From a virus: a stretch of DNA of 64,000 nt. The notes under the pieces are model-generated. The model did no database searches. It saw only the letters and a list, made by a program, of their open reading frames with translations, and had not been told where the DNA came from. Of this stretch, positions 27,648 to 35,970 are shown piece by piece. Each line of letters starts with the position of its first letter. The first letter of the stretch is position 1. Both the position numbers and the translations under genes were made by a program. The DNA is taken from positions 42,980 through 106,979 of the IMG/VR virus record IMGVR_UViG_3300032020_000845, one strand, 5' to 3'.

Positions 27648-30551
27648 ATGTCACTTAATAGTGTTCGAAAATTATGCGGTGGAGAGATTCCAAGTTTTAT
27701 GAAAAAAGCTTTAGTTACCTTAGCGTATAGAGAAAAAGTTACTTTTTTGAAAGAAAAAGGGGCTATGTTATTCACTGACAAGGGATTTACAAAAATCGGT
27801 TGGAATCTTTTTCGTAAAACGCAGGATCCTGACGCTGGGTCGATCTGGACTGTTACAGCTATTAAAAATGATAAAGGTGAAGAGGAAAAATGGCTCGTGG
27901 CTTATGTTGATGAAGATAATAATGTGTTGCGAAAAGTGAAAGCTTCTATAAAGAAAACTGCACAAGAAGAACCTTTGAGATTTAGGCCAAGCAAAACATA
28001 TTTTCTAACAAATGAAGATTTAGAAGAAATGGAAATAGAACCAAGAAAAGGAGTTAGATTTGAGACTGATAGACTTGAATTTATTTGGGGGACATATGAA
28101 TTAGTAAGACAGAGTATTTCTCAGGATGGGTGGTGGGTAAAAGAAGTAAAACTTGGTCCTCCTTATGGAGAAACAGAAAAAGGTGCTTCCACAAAAATCT
28201 CTCACACTCCAGGAACAATTGTTCAAATAACTGTTCCTCACGGAAACCTTTATGAAAAATATAATGGTAAAATAGGAGAAGTAGTTGCTGCAGTTCCAGA
28301 CCGTTCTAAAGTTAGTTTTAAAGATATGCCTCCTTTTTGGTTTGAAGATAATGTAATTAATCCAATTGTTCCTTGCCCTCTTTGTAATGCAAATGTTTCT
28401 TTACAAATGTTAAAAAAGGTTGGGAAAGTTAAGTGTAAATGTAATGCTTTTTATACTTGGAGACAATTAGAAAAGATTGCAAATAATGATAGAATAAATA
28501 AAGTTGCTGCTGAAAAAATAAAGAAAATTGCTGATACTACTACAATAGAGGAAATAGATTTAGGTGGAGGTAAAAAAATTACTGTCGATTATAATAATTT
28601 TGATAACATGTATAGAGCATTTCTTACAAATGAACAAGGAATAACTGAGTCTGCCGCTACTAGAAATACTAAAGATGAAATTTATGAATGGGTTGAAGAA
28701 AAGAAAACAGAACTTAAAAAAACCTCTACAAAAACCGCTCGAATTGAAGAAAGAAAAGGTGAATATTGTGTAATAGCAGAATCTGGTAGAAGTATGGGAT
28801 GTTACTCTACAAAACCAGAAGCTGAGAAAAGATTAGACCAAGTAGAAATGTTTAAACATATGAAAGGTAAGAAAGCTCAGTTAACTGAACAAGATCCTGA
28901 TTATATTCCTGGATGTCCAGCATGTGAAGAAGCTGTAAAATGTGGTCTCGATTTTGAAGAAACTCATTCAACAGGATTTCCTGGTTTTTTGCAATTAGAA
29001 GATCCAGATACAGGTAAAGAAAGACTTATTCCTAGTCCTCATTATACATATGAAGAAAGAAAAAGATTAAGAGGTAAGAAAGCATGGAAAGATTCTAAAG
29101 GGGAAGAGATCAGTGCTGGAGATTTTGTTCTTTACGCCAGAGATCAAGGATATGACATAGACGCAATAGTTAGGGCAATCAACCAGAGTGGGAATGCCAC
29201 ACTAGAGTTTGACGATGGGAGAGTTATCTATGATGTTCCTGTGACAGGACTGGTTAAATCAGGATCGAAGAAGAAAGCACAAGAGGAACATAAATTATCG
29301 ACGGAAGAAATTATGCAACTTTTAGAGAGTACTAATACAGGGGGTTATTTTTATGCAGATAATTGCCGAATAAATTATTCAAGTGTTTCTGGTTGGTATT
29401 GTAAAGATTTTATTGGTGGTGAAATGGATACTTATAATATTACGGAGGATGAAGCAAGAAGAAAAATAGAAGAAAGTCTAGGAGATGGGAAGTTTGCTTC
29501 TAAAACTGCTCAAAATGTTATTATGTGGTTTGATAGTCCAAATGTTTTAAAAAGTTTAAAGCATTTACAAGGACCTCCAACAAGTCCTGCTACAGAAAAG
29601 CCTTTTGAAAAACCTGAAGAAGAAGGTGATGAGGATGAATTAGAACCTGAAGAAGAGGTTGAAAAAGAAGCTTCGAGGAAAACTGTAGCGGATCCTTTTA
29701 CGAACAAAAGATTTAGAATAGTTAACTTAGATAAATTTAGTATGGGTGATTTTGATATAGAAGATGAAGAAGAATATGAAGAACTTTTAAGACATAATAA
29801 TAAATATGCTCTTGTTACAGGTATTGCTATTTTAGGGTGGACTTTAGAAGAATATTATGTTGATGTACGCTTTGATGACGATTATATAATAACAGGCTTA
29901 AGTGTGTATCATTTAGAAGGAATAAAAGAAGCATCAACAAAAACAGCTCAAACTAAATTTGAATTAGAAGAATTAGTAAAAAAATATCAAAAAGGTTTTC
30001 CAGATATTCCTGAAAGTGATATTAGGGTAGGTATAAAATATGTATTAAAACAACACCCAAACAAAAATCCTGAAGATTTAGATGCGGAAATTGATGGAGA
30101 ATTACAAGCTATCTATGAGGATTTTTATAAACCAAGATTAGCTTCAATAGAAATAGTTGGTAAAAAAATTGAAAGTATTGTAAAAGAAGCAGATGGAATG
30201 GAAAGTTTAAGGGGTGGAGGACAGGGAGGAGGTTCAAGTAAATTGGAACCAATGCAATGGAATGTGCAGGAATCAAAATATCCTCCTCTGCCTAAAGAAG
30301 AAGAAGAGGAAGGTAAAGAAGTTCCTGAAACGGAAGAAGTTGAAAAAATTATAGTAGAAATTGACCCGGAAAGTAAATCTGTTCACGTGAATTTTAAGGG
30401 AGAAAAAGAGGGAGAAAAAGAGGGAGAAGAAGAAGTAAAAACTAAAGAACCAACAGAAATTCCTAAAGGAGCTGAAGTTCCTCCTGAAACAAAAGAAAAA
30501 GAAACAGAAGAGGGAGAGGAAGTTACGCCGGAGTCGCCAGTCGTTTTTTGA
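27648..30551 (+). CDS. Modular polyprotein 1 (967 aa) with about 10 K-x-A linkers
   Basis: ASIKKTAQ, ASTKISH, IKKIAD, TSTKTAR, KGKKAQ, RGKKAW, SKKKAQ, ASKTAQ, KEASRKTVA, KEASTKTAQ separate short unrelated modules. Confidence 0.8.
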   Translation: MSLNSVRKLCGGEIPSFMKKALVTLAYREKVTFLKEKGAMLFTDKGFTKIGWNLFRKTQDPDAGSIWTVTAIKNDKGEEEKWLVAYVDEDNNVLRKVKASIKKTAQEEPLRFRPSKTYFLTNEDLEEMEIEPRKGVRFETDRLEFIWGTYELVRQSISQDGWWVKEVKLGPPYGETEKGASTKISHTPGTIVQITVPHGNLYEKYNGKIGEVVAAVPDRSKVSFKDMPPFWFEDNVINPIVPCPLCNANVSLQMLKKVGKVKCKCNAFYTWRQLEKIANNDRINKVAAEKIKKIADTTTIEEIDLGGGKKITVDYNNFDNMYRAFLTNEQGITESAATRNTKDEIYEWVEEKKTELKKTSTKTARIEERKGEYCVIAESGRSMGCYSTKPEAEKRLDQVEMFKHMKGKKAQLTEQDPDYIPGCPACEEAVKCGLDFEETHSTGFPGFLQLEDPDTGKERLIPSPHYTYEERKRLRGKKAWKDSKGEEISAGDFVLYARDQGYDIDAIVRAINQSGNATLEFDDGRVIYDVPVTGLVKSGSKKKAQEEHKLSTEEIMQLLESTNTGGYFYADNCRINYSSVSGWYCKDFIGGEMDTYNITEDEARRKIEESLGDGKFASKTAQNVIMWFDSPNVLKSLKHLQGPPTSPATEKPFEKPEEEGDEDELEPEEEVEKEASRKTVADPFTNKRFRIVNLDKFSMGDFDIEDEEEYEELLRHNNKYALVTGIAILGWTLEEYYVDVRFDDDYIITGLSVYHLEGIKEASTKTAQTKFELEELVKKYQKGFPDIPESDIRVGIKYVLKQHPNKNPEDLDAEIDGELQAIYEDFYKPRLASIEIVGKKIESIVKEADGMESLRGGGQGGGSSKLEPMQWNVQESKYPPLPKEEEEEGKEVPETEEVEKIIVEIDPESKSVHVNFKGEKEGEKEGEEEVKTKEPTEIPKGAEVPPETKEKETEEGEEVTPESPVVF

Positions 30552-30588
30552 AAATAATTAGAAAATAAAATTTAATTGGAGGTAAACA

Positions 30589-33500
30589 ATGTTAATTCCA
30601 AAAGAACCAGAAAAAAATAAAAAAACACACAAAAAGTGGTTTAAGGCAGAGAAGCTAAAAAAAGTTGCTAAGAAAGAATCGTTGCCTCAAGAAAAGGAAG
30701 ACTTAATAAGAAAACATGGACAATCAAATATGAAAGAAACTGTTCTTTCATACGCTTGCACAAATTGTAAACATTCCTTTAGTGCTAATAGTTTAAGAAA
30801 AGAAATTATTGAGTCTGCAAAAAAAGGAAGCACTCTTGTTTATTGCCCAAAATGTGGTCTATTTCTTGTTGCAGATCGTAAAACAAAGATTCCTTCTAAA
30901 CTTGGTTCAAAAATAAACAGGAACGCTGATCTAACTGCTATATATCCCAATCAAGGAATAGTTCCAGGCTATGTGCCTAATACTTGGGTTGATCGTGCTT
31001 TACTTGAAAAAATTTGTCACGAACTAGGAAAATATGCCGAATCAGTAGGTATGTTTAATCCTCAATTAAAATTTCAAAGAGGCATTCGAGGAAAAGTTCG
31101 TGAAGGTTCTCCTCAAAATGTGAAATACGCGGAGTATACAATAGAGTCTGTGGATAATTATGATGTTAGATTTCGTGTTATTGCTACTGCTGGAATTACT
31201 CCTATCGGAAAAGTAATAATTTCTAATGTGTTTAGAACCTTGGACGGTAGAGAAATATCGTTCACACAAGAAGGAGTTGAAGGTTTTGTATCAGGTAAAG
31301 TTTATGGTTCTCCAGACGTTAAACCTGTTGTTCCTCAAATTTATTACAAAGAGCGTGATCCTTCGAGGTTTAGAGAAATAGTTGCTTCAAAGAAAACCGC
31401 TTTTGTGAAAGGTATTGATGATATTCCTAATATGGAGTTTTCAGAAATGAAAAGAAAAGTTATGGAAAGGTTAAAACGAAAGTATCCAGAATTCAAAATT
31501 TCAGATCTTGATGCTTATTCAGATAATACTATTGACGGGATGAGAGATCATTGGACTGATTTTGGCAATCCTCGTATGACTGTTCAAGATTGGTTTGAAA
31601 ATGTTGTGGATACGATCGATGCTGATTTAGAGGAGGAGGCTAGTCAGTTTATTACTAGAAAAAAAACAGCAGCAGGTGTTCCTATTCCTGGTCAACAAAT
31701 TGAATATCAAGGAAAGATATATACAGTTGATACTGTTGTTGGAGATACTTCTATATTAAAAGATGAAACAGGATTACAAACAGCTCCGGTTCCTAATTTA
31801 GAGTTAAATATTCAACAAGGAGGTTCTGGTTTAGCAGCTCCTGCTGCTCCTATTACAGCTCCAGTTGCTAAAAAGATTGAAGAAATTGTTAAAAGAGGAT
31901 TAAGGGATGAAAAAACTTTAGTTCCATTTACTGAATCGGATCCTGATTATAGTGTTGCAAAACAAACTGATGTTGATCCAGATTTTAGTACTCCTTATGA
32001 GAAATCTGACCAAGGGATTCTTGAGGAAAAGGATAGAGCTGTTCAGCAAATGTTTAGAGGAGGAACTTCAGTAAGACCTACTAAATCTGCTGCAGAGATA
32101 AGATGGCAAAGAGTGAAGGATGAGTTTTATGATACAGTAGAACAAGATACTGGTCCTTGGGTTTTGAAAACCCTTTCTCTTGAATCATATGTGGATGTAC
32201 CAAAACATTGGCTAGATGCTTTGAGAAAAGATCCAGAAGGCCTTTCTCAAAATTTTGTTTCACATTGGGCTGAGAAACATAGTTATACGTTGCGAGACGA
32301 TGAAAAACGAGAACTTCAAAAATTATTTGTAGATTGGGTGTTTGAATTTGAGACTGAAAAAGAAGCTTCTCTAACCAAAACTGCTCCTGAAAAAGCTGAC
32401 CTTGAAAGTATGGTTCAAAAATGTATGAGAGACAAAGGATGGGAACATGCTAAGTGTATGAATTATGTTGCTGGAGGTGTTTGGCATAGAAAAGGGAAAG
32501 TAGATGGACTACATCCCGGAATGCATGGCCACACAAAAGATGGCTATAAATTTGTTATTCTTGATGTTCAGGGAAATGAAATTCAAGTTGACCAAGAAAA
32601 TATAAGTGGTTCTTTTTGGACTGACCGAAATGAATGGGAAGGAAAAGAAAGTCCTCAATATGTTGAAAAATCATTGGAACCAGGAATGTATGGAAATACA
32701 AAAGATGGTTATAAATTTGTTATTCTTGATGTTGAAGGAGATACAATTCAAGTTGACCAAGAAAATATAAGTGGTTCTTTTTGGATTGGTAGAAACGAGT
32801 GGGAGAAAAAAGAAGCTCCTCACTATCTCCAATATGTTGGAAAACCATTGGAGGAGGAAGAGGGAGAAAAGGAAGCTTCAATAAAGAAAATAGCTGAACC
32901 AACAGGTTATCACGAAACGGATGAAACAGGAAAACAAATTGAACTTTCTCGTTTAAGAACACTTGTTGAGGATTATTATAGAGCAGGACAATTTCCCCCA
33001 GATTTTGATTATACTAAAGTAATGTCAGAGGTTTCTCGAATGACAAGAAAACAACTATTAGATATTCTTGACAAAAAACTTAAAGATACTCATTATCCTG
33101 TTGTTCATGCGAAGAAGAAAACAGCTGTTAGAACAAATATGTTATGTGTTGATAGTGAAGGAGAAAAGATTCAGTTTAAAAAATTGGAAGATGTTTTTAA
33201 TGATTTAGATGATAGATTTTTATCAAATATATACGATGAATTGGAGTGGCTTCCTTTGGATTCGAGAAAACTTAAAGAGGTATTAAAACTACTTGGATAT
33301 TCTCGTATTACTAATAATGATATACAACAGTTATTACAATGGATAAAAGAAGAATCTCCAGAATGGTTTATGACTCTTGAAGAATATAAAAAAGTAGCGG
33401 AAGGATTTATTCAAGAAAGTCTGAAAAAAGTTGCTTCAACAAAAACAGCAGCTACAGTAGATGAGATTAATGAGATTCTTCAAAAAAACTATGGAATAAC

Positions 33501-34770
33501 TTTTTCTATATATAGTAGAAGGATGAAATCCCTTCTAGACAGAATCCTCAAAGATAAAGGTTTTCCAATAGAAGAGTCGATAGATTCTTGGATGAAAGAA
33601 ACTGATGGAGGAAAGCTAATTGTTGGATCAAAAGGTAAATCATCTAACCAAATAGTTCAAGAAATTCGAAAAGCAGATCTTACTGAAAAGGATATTAAAA
33701 AACAAATTAAAGATGAAGAAGAAGGCGAAGAAACTTATAATGAAATGGCAACGGAAGTTGTATGTCCAAAAGCAGAAAAAGCTTTAGAAGATATGGCTGA
33801 TGATGAAGCGGCTCACGCAGAAAAGTTAGAGGAAATTGTTTTACCTGCTGTTGAAGAAGAAGAAGAGGATACTGAGAAAGAAGCTTCAATAAAAACAGCA
33901 GTTGAGTATGATAGTTGGGATAGTGAGGAATTAGATAATGGATGGACAGTTATTGGTGATCAAAGAAGTGATGATTCTGACTATAAACTTGTACGAGTTA
34001 GGGATACGGAAACTGCAAGTCATTATAAAACTCTTGCTAAAGGGTATAATGTTCTAGATTTTGAAGAGTATGTAGAAGAAGTTAAAAAGTGGCCTCCACC
34101 TTCATTTACAAAAAAGAAAACAGCTCAAGAAGAAGTAGAAGAAGAAAAACCAAAAACAGAATATAAAGAATTAAAAACAAAACCACACAAACCAGAGTTG
34201 GAAGTAGAAGAAGAAGCTATTGTTGCAACTCCAGAAATGCAAAAAACTTTTCACGAAATACAGAACCATAAGCAAAGGTTGACAGAAATTAAAGCTCTTA
34301 TAGAGGAATCTCGACGTAAGGTGGAAGAGGAAATTCGTAAAATTCAGGAGGAACACGGAGCGATTAAGGAAGCGTCAGATGTGCAGGAGGGGATCGAAAA
34401 GTTAGCTGCTCTTGTTGAACAAGCTGAAACTCAAATAGTTGACCTTGGAGAATTTTTTGCACATTTAGATACATCTATAAAGGAGAAAAAATTTAAGCCT
34501 TCAGATGCGTGGAGAGTCCAAAAGTTATTGGAAAAATTTGGAAAGGAGGCGGAAACTTATTTAGATAAGGCTGAAAAGGGATCTAATTCTTTAAATACTG
34601 AAGTGAAACAACGTATTCTTACAGTATTTCCAAAACGTGAAGGATCTATTGAAAAGGAAGCTACTGTTTTTGATGCTATAAGAGAACTTGGAGAAAATCT
34701 TTGGTCATATGTTAAGTCTTTAAGTGAAATTTCAGCAGAAGGAGAACAATTGGAATTAGTTCTGGAATAA
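30589..34770 (+). CDS. Modular polyprotein 2 (1393 aa) with about 11 K-x-A linkers
   Basis: VASKKTA, RKKTAA, TKSAA, KEASLTKTA, KEASIKKIA, AKKKTA, VASTKTA, IRKAD, KEASIKTA, KKKTAQ, SIEKEA; N-terminal Zn ribbon, half-ferritin module, C-terminal coiled coil. Confidence 0.8.
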   Translation: MLIPKEPEKNKKTHKKWFKAEKLKKVAKKESLPQEKEDLIRKHGQSNMKETVLSYACTNCKHSFSANSLRKEIIESAKKGSTLVYCPKCGLFLVADRKTKIPSKLGSKINRNADLTAIYPNQGIVPGYVPNTWVDRALLEKICHELGKYAESVGMFNPQLKFQRGIRGKVREGSPQNVKYAEYTIESVDNYDVRFRVIATAGITPIGKVIISNVFRTLDGREISFTQEGVEGFVSGKVYGSPDVKPVVPQIYYKERDPSRFREIVASKKTAFVKGIDDIPNMEFSEMKRKVMERLKRKYPEFKISDLDAYSDNTIDGMRDHWTDFGNPRMTVQDWFENVVDTIDADLEEEASQFITRKKTAAGVPIPGQQIEYQGKIYTVDTVVGDTSILKDETGLQTAPVPNLELNIQQGGSGLAAPAAPITAPVAKKIEEIVKRGLRDEKTLVPFTESDPDYSVAKQTDVDPDFSTPYEKSDQGILEEKDRAVQQMFRGGTSVRPTKSAAEIRWQRVKDEFYDTVEQDTGPWVLKTLSLESYVDVPKHWLDALRKDPEGLSQNFVSHWAEKHSYTLRDDEKRELQKLFVDWVFEFETEKEASLTKTAPEKADLESMVQKCMRDKGWEHAKCMNYVAGGVWHRKGKVDGLHPGMHGHTKDGYKFVILDVQGNEIQVDQENISGSFWTDRNEWEGKESPQYVEKSLEPGMYGNTKDGYKFVILDVEGDTIQVDQENISGSFWIGRNEWEKKEAPHYLQYVGKPLEEEEGEKEASIKKIAEPTGYHETDETGKQIELSRLRTLVEDYYRAGQFPPDFDYTKVMSEVSRMTRKQLLDILDKKLKDTHYPVVHAKKKTAVRTNMLCVDSEGEKIQFKKLEDVFNDLDDRFLSNIYDELEWLPLDSRKLKEVLKLLGYSRITNNDIQQLLQWIKEESPEWFMTLEEYKKVAEGFIQESLKKVASTKTAATVDEINEILQKNYGITFSIYSRRMKSLLDRILKDKGFPIEESIDSWMKETDGGKLIVGSKGKSSNQIVQEIRKADLTEKDIKKQIKDEEEGEETYNEMATEVVCPKAEKALEDMADDEAAHAEKLEEIVLPAVEEEEEDTEKEASIKTAVEYDSWDSEELDNGWTVIGDQRSDDSDYKLVRVRDTETASHYKTLAKGYNVLDFEEYVEEVKKWPPPSFTKKKTAQEEVEEEKPKTEYKELKTKPHKPELEVEEEAIVATPEMQKTFHEIQNHKQRLTEIKALIEESRRKVEEEIRKIQEEHGAIKEASDVQEGIEKLAALVEQAETQIVDLGEFFAHLDTSIKEKKFKPSDAWRVQKLLEKFGKEAETYLDKAEKGSNSLNTEVKQRILTVFPKREGSIEKEATVFDAIRELGENLWSYVKSLSEISAEGEQLELVLE
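32509..32847 (+). repeat. Tandem duplication of a 55-aa (165-nt) module
   Basis: L-x-PGM-x-G-x-TKDGYKFVILDV-x-G-x2-IQVDQENISGSFW-x2-RNEWE-x-KE-x-P twice, with high DNA identity. Confidence 0.9.
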
Positions 34771-34785
34771 ATAAGAGGAAAAATT

Positions 34786-34932
34786 ATGAAATGTCCAAAG
34801 TGTAATGTAGAACTACAGCAATGTAAAAATGGAATTGTGGTAGGATCTTTAAAAGATGGTATAAAAATATCTCTTTGGGAATGCCTCAAGTGTGGTTATT
34901 TAAAGACCTTAAAAGAGAAGGTTAAGTTTTAA
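34786..34932 (+). CDS. 48-aa zinc-ribbon protein
   Basis: MKCPKC...WECLKCGY; SD GAGG. Confidence 0.55.
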   Translation: MKCPKCNVELQQCKNGIVVGSLKDGIKISLWECLKCGYLKTLKEKVKF

Positions 34933-34948
34933 TAACTTAGGAGACTAA

Positions 34949-35725
34949 ATGGAACAACATTCGAGTGGCAGTTCTATCCCCAAACCTAAAACACCCGGAT
35001 TACTCAGAGTGTCTAAGAGGTGTAAGATATGTCAAAATCTTCCTTACCTTAATGAAATTACTACGGTTCTTTTAGAAGGACAAATGACTTATAGGGAAAT
35101 CATTGAAAAGTGGGGAGATAAATTTACTCCTCCTTTGACTCCTACTAATATTAACAGTCACAAAAACCATTGTAATCCTAAAAAGGCGGCTGAGATTGAT
35201 GCTAAGAAGCGGGAACTTTCTTTAGTAGATCTTGATCCTGCTGTTGTTGAATTATACAAACAGAAATATGACGAAACTTTAAACAAAATAAAAACAGTTA
35301 GTTTATTATATGAAGCTCGGGTTAAAAATCTTTGGGAGCTATTAGCATACAAAAAGAGTATAGAAAATATAAATGCTTCAGAGAGATCTGTTGCTGACAG
35401 AAAGACTTTAAAAGATTTGACAATTTCGATTGACGAAATTATGAGAGGCCTTACGAAGGATTTGTTGACACACGTTAAAATAGAACAAGGTCCTGGAACT
35501 GTTAATGTTAATATTGCAATGGTCCAGAACTTTAAGGAAGGAGTAACAAAGTTTATTGAGGATTTTGTGGAAGTGTTGATTGAAGAAATTGACGATCCTC
35601 TTATTCAAAATAGAATAAAAGAACGTTTTGTAGAAAAGCTTGATGAAAGAATATTACCTTTGTTAGATCCAAAAAAAGCAATTATTGTTGATGCAAAAAT
35701 TGTATATGATGAAAATGAAGAATAA
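34949..35725 (+). CDS. Putative terminase small subunit
   Basis: N-terminal CKIC...H-x2-HC/HTH-like region then helical body; lies just upstream of TerL. Confidence 0.45.
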   Translation: MEQHSSGSSIPKPKTPGLLRVSKRCKICQNLPYLNEITTVLLEGQMTYREIIEKWGDKFTPPLTPTNINSHKNHCNPKKAAEIDAKKRELSLVDLDPAVVELYKQKYDETLNKIKTVSLLYEARVKNLWELLAYKKSIENINASERSVADRKTLKDLTISIDEIMRGLTKDLLTHVKIEQGPGTVNVNIAMVQNFKEGVTKFIEDFVEVLIEEIDDPLIQNRIKERFVEKLDERILPLLDPKKAIIVDAKIVYDENEE

Positions 35726-35736
35726 AAGAGGAAAAA

Positions 35737-35967
35737 ATGGCTTTAATTATACCTCAAGGTAGAAATAAAGGATTGAGAAAAGAAGCGGTTATTATTGTCA
35801 CTTCATTAGAAGATCCTTTTAATTATGTTAAAATGAACGGCAAAACACCTCATTATTTTATGGAAGATCCTAAGGATACAGAAGTTCTTTATGTGAGTAC
35901 AGAACCTTTTACATTATCTCAAGCGCGAAAAGCATATGAGGTAGAGTTTGGTGAAATTGGCGAATAA
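35737..35967 (+). CDS. Hypothetical protein
   Basis: SD GAGG; tightly packed before terL; contains GLRKEA near the N-terminus. Confidence 0.55.
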   Translation: MALIIPQGRNKGLRKEAVIIVTSLEDPFNYVKMNGKTPHYFMEDPKDTEVLYVSTEPFTLSQARKAYEVEFGEIGE

Positions 35968-35970
35968 AGT

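Noticed and set aside
30399-30430. Short direct repeat (GGAGAAAAAGAG)x2 encoding GEKEGEKEGEEE
   Set aside because: Simple slippage in a low-complexity acidic tail, with no sign of function.
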